NCBI GenBank assembly: GCA_051294375.1
Contig: CM119271.1
Location: 16,331,434-16,395,433 of the forward strand
Direction of reading: 5' to 3'
From: Paraspadella gotoi
Lineage: Eukaryota; Animalia; Chaetognatha
DNA length: 64,000 bases
The translations under genes and the position numbers were made by a program. The notes beneath the pieces are model-generated. The model was given only the letters and a program-made list of their open reading frames with translations. It made no database searches and had not been told where the DNA came from. Positions 54,301 through 64,000 of this stretch are shown piece after piece (positions within the stretch are counted from its first letter, which is position 1; each line of letters opens with the position of its first letter).

Positions 54301-57300
54301 AAATAAAACCATTGTCAACCAAATACTTTGCCACTTATTAATTACCCTCGTTATTTGACGAAACATCAACGTTATATTTGAAATTTTCTGAAATAAAAGT
54401 ATTTTGTCCTGCTAACACTAAACTGAAGTATGTAGTTTAATAATTAAAAGTACAAGTATAAGAAATAATTTTTTAATATAATTTTTAATAATAGATTTTA
54501 ATAGAATTTGGAAAAACTTGACATTACTGGTTGAATTTAACCAAATCTTATGAAAAAATTTTAAATTTAAAAAAAAATTATTAAATTAATAATATCGGAA
54601 AATGATAATGGACATTATGGGCTACCTTTCGCGATCTCAGTCGTTTCCAGCAGAGAACCGTTGTTCTCCTGAAATAAACGGTTTTGTTCTCGCAGCGAGT
54701 CCTGAGTATTGTTGTGTTGGTAACCTGAAAAAATACAATGCAATAATAATTATTATATAAAATATGAATTTAGTACTTTGGATAAGCTATAGTATAGTGG
54801 GTTGAATTGCCTCAGCCCCTCTTGTAAGAATCTTACTAAGATAATACCATAACAGGACCCCAATCTATATTACTATCTTTACAATTTTTTTTTACAATTT
54901 ACAATTTTACAATTACAATCTTTACAAGGTATTCGACGTTTTCCACCTTCTGGCAGCGTCTCTGATCCTTTTCCGCGGCTTCATGTGCAAGCTTAGCCGC
55001 ATTGCCCCTGCCCGGGGGTTTAACTTTGACTGCGCGTACGTTAATGATAAGTGATTGTAATTTTTCAGGTTTTTATTAACACTATCGTCATCATCATCAT
55101 CTACAATCACGTCTCTGGCATATGAGTACTCGATAACAAGACAAAATCTCTCTTTGAAATTATCATTTGTACTCGAGTTACAGAGCTTGCCGTCTCAGAA
55201 ATTCTAGACGGATGCTACTGTATATCATTAGGAACTAAATCTGGTTGATTGAAATCATAATCATATCATAAAAATATTTAAAAAAGAATTATACTTTGTG
55301 TAGACAACTTTTTATGAGCTATCTGAATCTGGTCTTAAAATTTAAAATTTCTAAAAAAAATTTTTGACCTTTCTTATCTATAAATAAATATTAAAAAATT
55401 AAATACTAGGGTATAGAGCCATATAAGAAATTTTTTGTCCATTGAAATTATACTTAAAAATGCATAAATTTTCGTTTGAGCTTGTACTCACTCTAAATTT
55501 TTGACTCACCCCATTGAGTGCGGCTACCCCTACTTACATAAGACTTTGTACCAGTACTACTGAATATGCATTTATGCCCGTATGTTCAGGTGGCTTTTAC
55601 CCGGTTTTATTATTTTTTTGGATCACTGTGCCACCCCCCCCCCCGCCCCCAAGTACTTTAACCAAGTTTTGAATAATGTTTTCAGAGATTATTTACCTCT
55701 TCGCTCTTCCTCTCTAAGCCCGTGTCTCCGTTGCCCGACTTTCCCTTGTCCGTCCCCATGCCCGTGTCGATGCCGAAGCCCGCGCCTCTCCAAACAGAGA
55801 TCCTCGCAGTCTCTTCGCTCCACGAAGTTATTGTCGTTTCCGCCGCAGCCCGAGTAAGAAAAGCGTCTGCAGCTGCGCGTGCGGCTGTTAAAGTACCAGC
55901 GGGGGATCACCTCGGCGCAGTCGCCGCGGACGGGGTCGAGTCGGCAGGCCGAGCGGGTCTTCAGGGCTTTTTTTAAATAAAGGGGTTGTGTGAAGATGAT
56001 GGTGAAATTTGATTGCATATTTAGAGATTACTTTGACACAAAAAATTCAACAAAAAAAATATTTATGAGTTCTAATCCACTCAGACAATGAAGAATTCAA
56101 TATTTAATAATCAGTTATTATTAAATAATTGTCAATTATTATAGTTAAGTTTTATAAATTATACAAGAAAACATTTTACCGACAAGTGATAAGTATCCAA
56201 GGAAATGAGACTTACCCATCGGTGGTTTCTTGGTCGTCGAGAGAGTAGGGACAGGAACGGTAGACGCCGAAGGGGCGTGGCACGTGCGTTCACATTCCTC
56301 GGCCGAGAAGAAGCGATTGTCGTTTCCATGGCAACCAGAGAACAGGAATTTCTTGCAACGACCGTCTTTGAAGTCGTAGAACCATCTGGGTAAAAAGCGG
56401 TGTTCTTAGTTGCGAGGATCTTGCAACTCATACTTAAAATTATCTCTAAAACATTGTATGGCATGGCATAACATGGCATATCATGAATTTACTCGCTTAC
56501 CTCAGCAAATGGCTGTTGCACTTGCCGACCTTCTTGGGTTGCGAGCACACCCGGGAACCTCTCGTCGGCGGACAGATTCTTCGACACTCCTCCATGGAGC
56601 GGAACCGGTTGTCGTTTCCGCCGCATCCGCCGTAGTAGAAGGGAAGGCATTGACCGAGGGTCTGGATGACAACAAATTCATTCGTCTATATTAGACTTAC
56701 ATTTTTATAAAACTAGCCATTTGGCTTAGCCATTTTAAACGTTGCTTCTATAAAACTCAATACAATACAATACAAAATGTGAATCGACTTTAAAGAGAAA
56801 ATTATTAATTACAAATTGCTAATGAAATGAACTAATTTAATTATTAATCGTCAAATATATGTCTGAAGGAACTATAAATTTTAGTTTGGATTGAAAACTG
56901 GTCGGTCGATTTTACTTTTAGACATTAGATATTAGCTATGCATTTTATCATTTTATAACCCTGTTGTGCCTTTCTAATTACTTGACATTTTCCGAGCTCT
57001 TACTGGACTTTTTCCAAAAATTCATTTGAATTAGTAAAACATATATTTTTAGTCGGATCTGCTTATCAGCAGATCCCGCTCTATAATTCACTTTGTCGGT
57101 CCGTCAGTCCGCCCCCTCATATTTGTCGGGCACTAACTTATATCATGTCAGAACATCGAATTATGATAAATTACGCAAAAAAAATGATGTCCGTCAGTCC
57201 GTCTGTCCCACCTTAGCAAAAAAACACCAATTACTCGTGATTGGATGGATGGTTTGGAATGAAATTGTGTGTGTGGGTAGGGAAGTGTGTGATTGAGCTG

Positions 57301-60300
57301 TATATGAAGTTTCAATGGAATCATCCGAGTGGAAATGAGTTTAAATGGAAAAAACAATTTACATTTTCTTGAATCTTTTTTATTTATGATTACTAATAAA
57401 TGTTTTAATTAATTAATTAATTAATTAATTAATTAATTAATTAATTAATTTAAAAAATGATGTCAAGTTGAAAAAATGATGCAAGTTGAAAAAATGATAG
57501 CAAGTTGAAAAAATGATGCAAGTTGAAAAAAATGATGCAAGTTGAAAAATATAGTGCAAGTTGAAAAAATGATGCAAGTTGAAAAAATGATGCAAGTTGA
57601 AAAAATGATGCAAGTTGAAAAAATGATGCAAGTTGAAAAAATGATGCAAGTTGAAAAAATGATGCTGCAGTTGAATGTTAAGATTGAAAAATGATGCAAG
57701 TTGAAAAAATGATGCAAGTTGAAAATGTATGGCAAGTTGAAAAATGATGCAGTTGAAAAAATTATGCAAGTTGAAAAAATTATGCAAGTTGAAAAAATTA
57801 TGCAAGTTGAAAAAATTATGCAAGTTGAAAAAATTATGCAAGTTGAAAAAATTATGCAAGTTGAAAAAATTATGCAAGTTGAAAAAATTATGAAGTTGAA
57901 AAAATTATGCAAGTTGAAAAAATTATGCAAGTTGAAAAAATTATGCAAGTTGAAAAAATTATGCAAGTTGAAAAATATTGCAAGTTGAAAAAATTATGCA
58001 AGTTGAAAAAGTTATGAAGTTGAAAAAATTATGCAAGTTGAAAAAATTATGCAAGTGAAAAATATGCAAGTTGAAAATATGCAGTTGAAAAATTATGCAA
58101 GTTGAAAAATATATGCAAGTTGAAAAAATTATGTGAAGTTGAAAAAATTATGCAAGTTGAAAAAATGAGCCCATAGCAAAATTTGATTTATAATAATGAT
58201 GTCATAATTGTGTGTCAAAAGATGAGTCTTGTTAATATAATTGAGTGTTGCGTGAAAAAAATGATGCAAGTTGAAAAAATGATGCGAATGGTAAAAATGA
58301 TGTAAATTGAAGAAATGATGAGTTAAAAAATGTGCGTGGAAAAAATGATGCGAGTTCAAAAAATGATACGAATTAAAAAAATTTTAAAAAATATTGTGAT
58401 TTATCATCTGATTAGCAGATTACCGCCTAATTATTGTAGGCAGATCCGACATTGTTTGCTCAAACTTGGTTTCTTAAAAATTAGTATAATATAAAATAAT
58501 ATTTGAAGAACCGATTTCATTTCTTGCAATTATGAATGGCTCTAAGGGAAGCAGACCCTTTTTGCAAATTTTGTAATGAACTGTGCTGCTGCATTGTTGA
58601 GTTTAGCGAGAAAAAAATGATGCGCCAAAGTTGATAGGTCAACTATTTCCAGCATAAATTTTATTCGAGTATATTTCTTATTCTTATTCTTCTTCCTTTA
58701 CTTCATCTACAAATCAAAAGTGAAAACAAGTTTTATTGAATTTTTTTATTTTTTAAGACGTAAATTCTTTGAATTTTCCACATAATGCTATTATGCTCAA
58801 TGCTCAACAATAACAAATCATAAATAACCTTAATCACAAAACAAATTATCCTCTCCACCCCTTTCTGTTCAGACTTTTAGATATTTTGAAATGACTCTTT
58901 CACAAGAATGATGTCTTGTATCTAATTAGAAAACTAGGGCAGAGAGTAACTTTTAACTGTGTTGTATAGATGCTCCCTCTATTTCCTGAAGACAACATTA
59001 CATTATAAAAAAATATACTTTATATAAAAAATATAAGTAAATCTAATATATGGTTAAAATTTTACATTTATTTTAAAGTTTAAAGTCTACATTTCTGTTA
59101 AAAAAAAAAAGGACACCCAAAAACATTATGAAAATTAATAAAGTTAGATTCCTTTAAAATAAAAGGTATTATAAATGAATAATAGTCATGGAAAAAAGAA
59201 CTATCGGTGTATATTAACATACGTGGCTATCCGTTACTAAGCAGTGATTTTTTAAAAGTAACTACTCGGTTACAAGTACTACTCAAACAGAATATCAGAG
59301 CAAAAGGAAATTAAGGTATTTTAAAACATCTTGTATTTAAGGTGCTGCACAGTGATCCAAAAAAAAATTAAAACCGGATAAAAGCCACCTGAACATACGG
59401 GCATAAATGCATATTCAGTCTTTCCATAGTAATGGTACAAAGTCTTAAGTAAGATAACAGTTTCCAAAAATTATTCTTTCTCAAGTTATAAGCAAATCTC
59501 TATTTCGGGTGAGTCTTTGAGAGGTTTGTTTCACCCAGATAGGTGGAAGAAAAAATTATTTGACTTTGTTATGATTATAGCTTTTTGTCTAGTTTGTTAA
59601 TAAATAAAAAAAAGATTTTTATATTATGTCACTGTGTATGATATGAAAAACATAGTAAAAACTCATCGAATTTCAACCGATTTCAATCAACCAGATTTAG
59701 TTCCTAATGATACATCTTATTACTAATCAGTTATTAATTAAATCTCATCCGCATTTGTCCGCCCTTTTGAGAAATTTAAAAATTCTTTTCATTCAAAAAT
59801 AATAAAAAAGAATTCGATATTCTTCAGAAATTACCATATGATTCTTTTCTTTGACCGATTTTCCGAACTTAATTTGCTTAACGCACTTTTAAAAAGATTA
59901 AATTAATGATTTTATATTTAGCAAATATACACCTATTACTTATAATATAATAAAAAAAAAATATTAAGTTGGATCAATTTCTTTTTAATATCAAAATTAT
60001 AAATCAAAAGTTGTTCAACTACCATAAATGATTTCTTTAAGAACCAAATTTGGTGGTAAATGAATTTTTTCTCCATATTTTTTCAAATCACTTTTAATTA
60101 TTTGAAACGTTTCTAACAACCTCAGAGGGCATATATGATAATCAGCATACGAGAAAAAGTTGTTTTTGCCAAAAAAGAGAGGTTTATCCGGAAATTAAGG
60201 CCATTTGGATCACTGTGTGCTGTAGCTCTGGATGACTGGACCGATTTTCTTTCAAGTAACACATATGGATTCCTCTTTCAAAAGTTCTTATTTCCCATTC

Positions 60301-61216
60301 ATCATTTTTTTTTCAAAAACAAATACAATACCCATAAATTAAGGCTATTCCGTTTCTGGCAAATCTTCAAAAATGATTTTTTGTAGTGACTGAAATGACG
60401 AATGTTTTTGACCACTTTCGGGAACTATAGCTCTTTAATGCTTGGACCGATTTTTTTTTTAACTAACACATGGATTTTCCATTTCAAAATCTACATATCA
60501 TTTATATTTTTTTATAATATGAGCGTAAAACAAGCACAACTTAAGTTTGAAGAGCGTCCTATTTTTTTTTGCACAGGACTCTAATATAATAAAACAAGTA
60601 ATCTTACGTTGCAATTTTTCGTAATAGTTAGCTATTCAAATAAGTTTTTAAATCAATGAAAAAAACCAAAGCTTTGGCACCTGATTGAAACCGTATCTCA
60701 ATTCCCAATTGGAGCAGGTGCCGGGGAGCGTCGGCAAGGTGCAGACGTTGTCGGTCTCCGCGTTTCGACAGGTGCGTCGGCAATCCGCCAAAGTCTCGAA
60801 ACGGTTGGCGTTGCCGCGGCAGCCGGTGTAGGCGAAAGGTTTGCAAGTTCGTTCCACGCGGTCAAAGTACCTAGCGGGGCAGAATGGGGGGGAGATGGAA
60901 AGTAGGTAGTTAATTTTAATTAAATTTAATTTAATAACTTAACTAAGACGATAATAATGGAGAAGTATTAAAATCATTAAATTATACATACAAGTTTAAC
61001 CTTTTCACAGCATCCAACTTTGTTTTACCAATAACTACTGTACCGCTATGCCATCTCCCATGCCATTTTCCCTGTCATCTACAAGTACCAGCGTGGGAAA
61101 GAAGAAGTGCAGTCCCCTTCGGCCTTGGCGAGGCCACAAACTTCCTCGACCGTCAGTTGGAGGCCGTGACAAGTTTTGGTGCACTCGGCTAAAGTGAAGA
61201 ACTTGTTAGCGTTGCC
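30497..61216 (-). CDS. PAPLN: Papilin-like extracellular matrix protein, 3' portion (12 Kunitz, antistasin-like, WAP, papilin Cys repeat, 3 Ig, PLAC); 5' exons not found in window
   Basis: 19 GT-AG exons with matching phases: 61089-61216, 60681-60870, 56501-56661, 56216-56385, 55697-55966, 54626-54724, 53696-53938, 53160-53392, 47913-48147, 46835-47660, 46223-46553, 45755-46106, 45322-45458, 45034-45170, 43605-43737, 43205-43364, 42687-42812, 37556-37653, 30497-31181. The Kunitz-WAP-Ig-PLAC order is the papilin C-terminal architecture; the TSP1/ADAMTS-spacer N-terminus is not visible. Confidence 0.88.
32093..33291. mobile_element. Penelope-like element remnant: two inverted pseudo-LTRs with hammerhead motifs
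   Basis: ~500-bp inverted repeat (32129-32628 vs 32795-33293); 12-bp TSD TAAAGTTAGTTT (32081-32092, 33292-33303); minimal type I HHR motif in each arm. Confidence 0.85.
33197..33240 (+). ncRNA. Minimal type I hammerhead ribozyme (Penelope-type)
   Basis: ACA-CTGATGA-A-GACTCT/AGAGTC stem II-GAAA-palindromic ACATGT stem III-C-TGT; predicted cleavage after C33237. Confidence 0.85.
35590..36100. repeat. GC-rich ~140-bp-period minisatellite with embedded (CCCTAA)2 telomere-like motifs
   Basis: tgcctctc(c)cctaaccctaacc recurs at ~35658, 35802 and 35940. Confidence 0.75.
37556..37653 (-). CDS. Papilin-like Ig exon immediately downstream of the DIRS element
   Basis: [32 protein letters not shown] completes the Ig domain between the WSK and CTVRNG exons; TAG acceptor, GTGAG donor. 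Confidence 0.88.
37900..38600 (-). pseudogene. DIRS tyrosine recombinase remnant
   Basis: [31 protein letters not shown] (normally HSTR), TFFRFH (normally RFY); frameshifted. Confidence 0.85.
38600..40400 (-). pseudogene. DIRS pol (RT, RNase H, methyltransferase-like) remnant
   Basis: Motifs spread over several frames, with stops and an internal ~156-bp duplication. Confidence 0.85.
42687..43737 (-). CDS. Papilin-like Ig exons 43605-43737, 43205-43364, 42687-42812
   Basis: [15 protein letters not shown]; [12 protein letters not shown]; [17 protein letters not shown]. Confidence 0.9.
43950..44615. repeat. 22-bp tandem satellite (TGATAGTCATTGATTGACGCGA)n, about 30 copies
   Basis: Directly visible; low-copy versions at ~9820-10045, 14585-14630, 19600-19760. 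Confidence 0.95.
45034..45458 (-). CDS. Papilin-like exons 45322-45458 (WAP) and 45034-45170 (papilin Cys repeat)
   Basis: KPGTCP...[23 protein letters not shown]; [18 protein letters not shown]. Confidence 0.88.
45755..46106 (-). CDS. Papilin-like exon (Kunitz plus antistasin-like Cys domain)
   Basis: [11 protein letters not shown]...[13 protein letters not shown]; [21 protein letters not shown]. Confidence 0.88.
46223..46553 (-). CDS. Papilin-like exon (Kunitz end plus a full Kunitz) with apparent 2-nt frameshift near 46537
   Basis: FYYGG-[t]-LGNGNKF...[11 protein letters not shown]...[13 protein letters not shown]. Confidence 0.85.
46835..47660 (-). CDS. Papilin-like exon (two full Kunitz, start of a third, Thr-rich mucin-like spacer)
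   Basis: ORF 46831..47616: [10 protein letters not shown]...[13 protein letters not shown]; poly-Thr tract; [10 protein letters not shown]; [10 protein letters not shown]. Confidence 0.92.
47913..48147 (-). CDS. Papilin-like acidic linker exon
   Basis: Open GC-rich exon [14 protein letters not shown]...DPRPSIH, phases 0/1 matching its neighbours. Confidence 0.75.
48390..48619 (+). mobile_element. tRNA-Gly-containing ~230-bp element, copy 4
   Basis: 4-bp TSD ATAT; acceptor-stem-like GCGGCCA/TGGTCGC intact. Confidence 0.85.
48728..48912 (+). mobile_element. Short TG...CA element containing a tRNA-like pol III promoter
   Basis: A-box-like TGGCTCATTGAG and B-box GGTTCAATCC; TGTT...AACA ends; possible TATTA TSD in a low-complexity context. 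Confidence 0.5.
51706..53075. mobile_element. hAT-type MITE, same family as 23622-24224 in opposite orientation, with a nested TRIM-like insertion
   Basis: Termini TAAAGTGGAG...CTCCACCCTA; perfect 8-bp TSD TTGTCCAA (51698-51705, 53076-53083); body matches the reverse complement of 23622-24224. Confidence 0.85.
52088..52834 (-). mobile_element. TRIM-like non-autonomous LTR element
   Basis: ~255-bp direct repeats (52088-52343, 52582-52834) reading TGTGGC...GCCATA on minus; PBS-like TGGGGGAGCCC 2 nt after the upstream repeat; ~240-bp non-coding interior; TSD not resolved. Confidence 0.7.
53160..53392 (-). CDS. Papilin-like exon (Kunitz)
   Basis: [42 protein letters not shown]. Confidence 0.9.
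53696..53938 (-). CDS. Papilin-like exon (Kunitz)
   Basis: [21 protein letters not shown]...[26 protein letters not shown]. Confidence 0.9.
54626..54724 (-). CDS. Papilin-like linker exon
   Basis: Open phase-1/phase-1 exon [32 protein letters not shown] with TTTCAG acceptor and GTAG donor. Confidence 0.65.
55225..55630 (-). mobile_element. One-ended relative of the Transib-type MITE
   Basis: 55555-55630 is the reverse complement of 59348-59420; a further match near 55225-55256 to 59680-59712. Confidence 0.65.
55697..55966 (-). CDS. Papilin-like exon (Kunitz plus His/Arg-rich linker)
   Basis: [41 protein letters not shown]. Confidence 0.9.
56216..56385 (-). CDS. Papilin-like exon (Kunitz)
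   Basis: [35 protein letters not shown]. Confidence 0.9.
56501..56661 (-). CDS. Papilin-like exon (Kunitz)
   Basis: [30 protein letters not shown]...[11 protein letters not shown]. Confidence 0.9.
57046..58470 (+). mobile_element. Helentron-associated (HINE/DINE-1-like) element carrying an 18-bp satellite
   Basis: 5' subTIR GTCGGATCTGC within a hairpin (GATCTGCT..AGCAGATC), GTCY microsatellite, 3' subTIR GCAGATCCGAC, terminal GTTTGCTCAAAC stem-loop, T-rich flanks. Confidence 0.75.
57450..58370. repeat. 18-bp tandem satellite (AAGTTGAAAAAATTATGC)n
   Basis: Directly visible; source of the spurious HNFFNL-repeat ORFs; a short array also at 20030-20160. Confidence 0.95.
59348..60217. mobile_element. 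Transib-type MITE with CACAGTG termini
   Basis: 14-bp perfect TIR CACAGTGATCCAAA; 5-bp TSD TGCTG (59343-59347, 60218-60222). Confidence 0.85.
60681..60870 (-). CDS. Papilin-like exon (Kunitz)
   Basis: [34 protein letters not shown]...[22 protein letters not shown]. Confidence 0.9.
61089..61216 (-). CDS. Papilin-like exon: end of one Kunitz domain and start of the next
   Basis: [16 protein letters not shown]...[18 protein letters not shown]; CAG acceptor, GT donor; absent from the ORF track. Confidence 0.85.
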
Positions 61217-61810
61217 CTGGAGACGGGGGGGGGGAGAAACAATGGATAGGTCGGGGAAATTTAAAGTGAATAGGCATATTAATGATGAGATATAATACCC
61301 ATATCCAATATTAAAAATACAAAACCTATACTAGATTGCAAAAGGAGCTTTTGATAAAATAAATATTGAAAATCTCATTTGCATATAGCGAACTTTTTTA
61401 ATCATTCAATGTATTTTGTCTTCTGATCAATGTTTTTATTTATTTTTACCTTTTACCTGTTACTAGAAATACCTACATTTTCTAAAATTTTAATATTTTA
61501 GAAAACGTATCTTTGACATATTGAAATAATAACTTGTCTTTTGTTTTTGTTGAATTTTAAAATATTTTTCATCAAAAAATAGTTTTAACGGGACATGGGG
61601 CAAAGGTCAGGTTAAGAAATAAATTAGGTTTTACTTTAAGATCTGTTATATTCAGGATGAGAGCAGAGAGGATTAGACATGTCGAGACGGCGGTTTACAG
61701 ACTATGGAAAATATTTGCTATTGTTGTTGGCGGAAAGTGCATCGCCAGGTTGAGGCATGTCGCCTGAAAGTGTTGTTGTTGCTGTTGTGTTGGGAAGTCG
61801 GGCTCACCAA

Positions 61811-62044
61811 TGAAGAGACAGTAATTATTGTTATATGTTAGTGACAGAACCATTCAATATATGCAGTCCCTGAGCTTCGGATCAGGCTGTAACACCGTGT
61901 AACAGGCGGGCTAAGCGCCCCGCCCCTCTTAACTGCCAGTCAAACACCGGGCTAGAACCCCGGACCTTTGGGTTGGGAGGCGAATGACTTGCCTCCGGCA
62001 CCAATGGCCGCTGATGAACGGTTGGTGGATTTTAGTCCACCATA
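61811..62044 (-). mobile_element. tRNA-Gly-containing ~230-bp element, copy 5
   Basis: Reverse copy with the same ends; no TSD match. Confidence 0.8.
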
Positions 62045-63911
62045 ATCTGTTAGTTAGTGTGTTATAATTTTTATTTTTTAGTATCATAGTGTGTATTTTT
62101 TCTCTTGTCTATCTTTATGAAGTAGCTCTTTGTATCTTTTAGCGTTTTAATTGATTTTGCATGCTGAATTTTATTTTATTGTTGGTTGTAGTCTTTTTAT
62201 GTTTTATGGTTGTTTAGCGTTGTGGTCCCTCTCTCATTTACAGTTAAAATTTTCAAAATTTAATTTACAAATTAATTTACATTTTTATATCATTAATGCT
62301 CTTGTTTTGACTTTTAATAACTTTAAGGTTTTTACTTTAGGGTTATCACATATCATTTTATAACATTTCATGTTTTTGTTTCATATTGTATGTTTTTGAA
62401 TATTATTTTTGAACGTTTTTTATTAATGTTGATTCTATTTTATACTTGACGTTTTTCGTTTTTACTGTTCCTGGTTTGTATGATTTTCAACATCTGATCT
62501 TGGAACGTTCTTGAATGTTATAATTTATTGTTTTTCATGAATCAGTTTGTAGAAAATCTTTTAATATTTTCTATGCCAGCGCGAAATCAAACGTTTTAAG
62601 TTTGAAATTTCGCCCGAAACGAATTGTTTAACGAGAGTTCATGAGAGAAAAGTCACTTTGTAATACAAAGTGTATATTTAAACATTTTGAAGAGATTCGC
62701 CTCGTATTTTGTGTCCTTTTTTGGTCACTCTCTCTCTCAATCATAGCCAGTTTTTGATACCTGTCATTTATATTTTTACCTTTGGCATTTTTTGAGACCG
62801 TTTCAGTTGTTTTGTGAACATTTTGGATACACGTCGCTCGGCCGAAAACCGTTGTTTTTTCGAGTTTTCACTACTTTATTTTTGTCACGGTATTTCCACG
62901 TTCTGCTACGTTTGTTTCACCGAAAATATATGTTTACCTTGGGAAATTCGTGTTCTACACTTAGCGGAGATTCTTCAGTCAGTGAAACTCTTGTCATAAC
63001 CCTTTTTTGGACGGCGACGCTTTTCGAAACGCCTTGGGACGCAAGCGTGGAGACTGATAGTTTCTACACATTATTAAGGAAAATCCGCCAGAAAACTCGT
63101 AAAGACAATATTTCCTCTGGGCGAAACACATTCAAATGAGTTTTAAAACGAAACTAACTTCATAAAAATCTCTCTCGGAATACGAGTGACCTATGAAAAA
63201 TATGAGGGACCGAAAAACAGATCTTTGAATTGGCCAAACGACCTTAAAAAGAGAGGCGAGGCGTGATATCCTTATCATACAGATCTGCTCAAAAAAAGTT
63301 TAAACTTTGAACCCCTCGCTTATTTGTCGTCCTATTAATTAAAACTTGGTTTCAGTTGAAAACCAAGACAAATATCTTTCATTCGAGCCCATGACGAGGT
63401 TTTTAGGCTAAATATTATAGAAGTAGTGCTAAAAAGGATCGAAATTTTGTCTTCCCTTTTATTACCAAAAAAATTCTTTTGATTCATCTTTGTTTTTTGT
63501 TTTTTTAAATTTTTTCAGTTAAATTTAAGACAAGTAAATATCGTTTAATTTATTTAGGAATTGGACTCTCAAAATACTTAAATATTTAAACTGTTTTATA
63601 AAAAAAAATCTTAAATGTATAAGGATCGAGCCTGCAAGTAAAAATAAAGATCACGCAAGAGATCGTACAGAAGAGAGACAGAAAGAGAGAGACAGAGAAA
63701 GCTGGACAGCCGCGGGAAGGTCGCTGTACAGTCACTGCAGAGCCTGAACTCGCTTTTAAACGATTCAGAAAAGGCAGCGCCTGACAGAAATAAGAAGAAA
63801 AATAGATGTGTAGAGGTACATTTATTAGCAATGATACAATATTAGAGACATGTTATTACAATGAGAGATCTTAAAAGAACTAAAGGTAGAGAGCGCGGCA
63901 CTGATCAAGTA

Positions 63912-63943
<32 letters not shown>

Positions 63944-64000
63944 AGAGAGAGAGATCAGATCAGTAGCCGGCTTCCCGAGCGACCACCGAACAGAGTGGCC

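Noticed and set aside
30516-56694. Plus-strand and alternate-frame ORFs overlapping papilin exons and DIRS
   Set aside because: Shadow ORFs of GC-rich coding sequence.
57437-58359. HNFFNL / VEKIMQ repeat ORFs (also 20015-20243)
   Set aside because: Translations of the 18-bp satellite.
62570-63400. Coding region
   Set aside because: Short broken frames with no recognisable motif.

Overview
AT-rich, repeat-dense animal (invertebrate) genomic DNA with GT-AG introns and two N gaps; not prokaryotic, and no CRISPR array. Host genes, both on the minus strand: (1) the 3' part of a papilin-like ECM gene, 19 exons traced by hand from 61216 to 30497 (12 Kunitz domains, antistasin-like, WAP, 3 Ig, PLAC, one apparent 2-nt frameshift); (2) a frameshifted, apparently incomplete DEG/ENaC channel gene (~6.6-11.4 kb). 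Mobile DNA: a full-length but decayed DIRS tyrosine-recombinase retrotransposon inside a papilin intron, whose ICR lies near the 5' end inside an intron-like segment; an intron-containing hAT(m)-like transposon and two MITEs with 8-bp TSDs; Penelope-type pseudo-LTRs with minimal hammerhead ribozymes; a Transib-type MITE with RSS-like ends; a TRIM-like element; a solo LTR; Helentron/DINE-1-like elements seeding 18- and 22-bp satellites. Most notable are five ~230-bp tRNA-Gly-containing, multi-hairpin elements with fixed ends and 4-bp TSDs, which look like solo LTRs rather than SINEs. All coordinates and translations were read manually; no database search was run.
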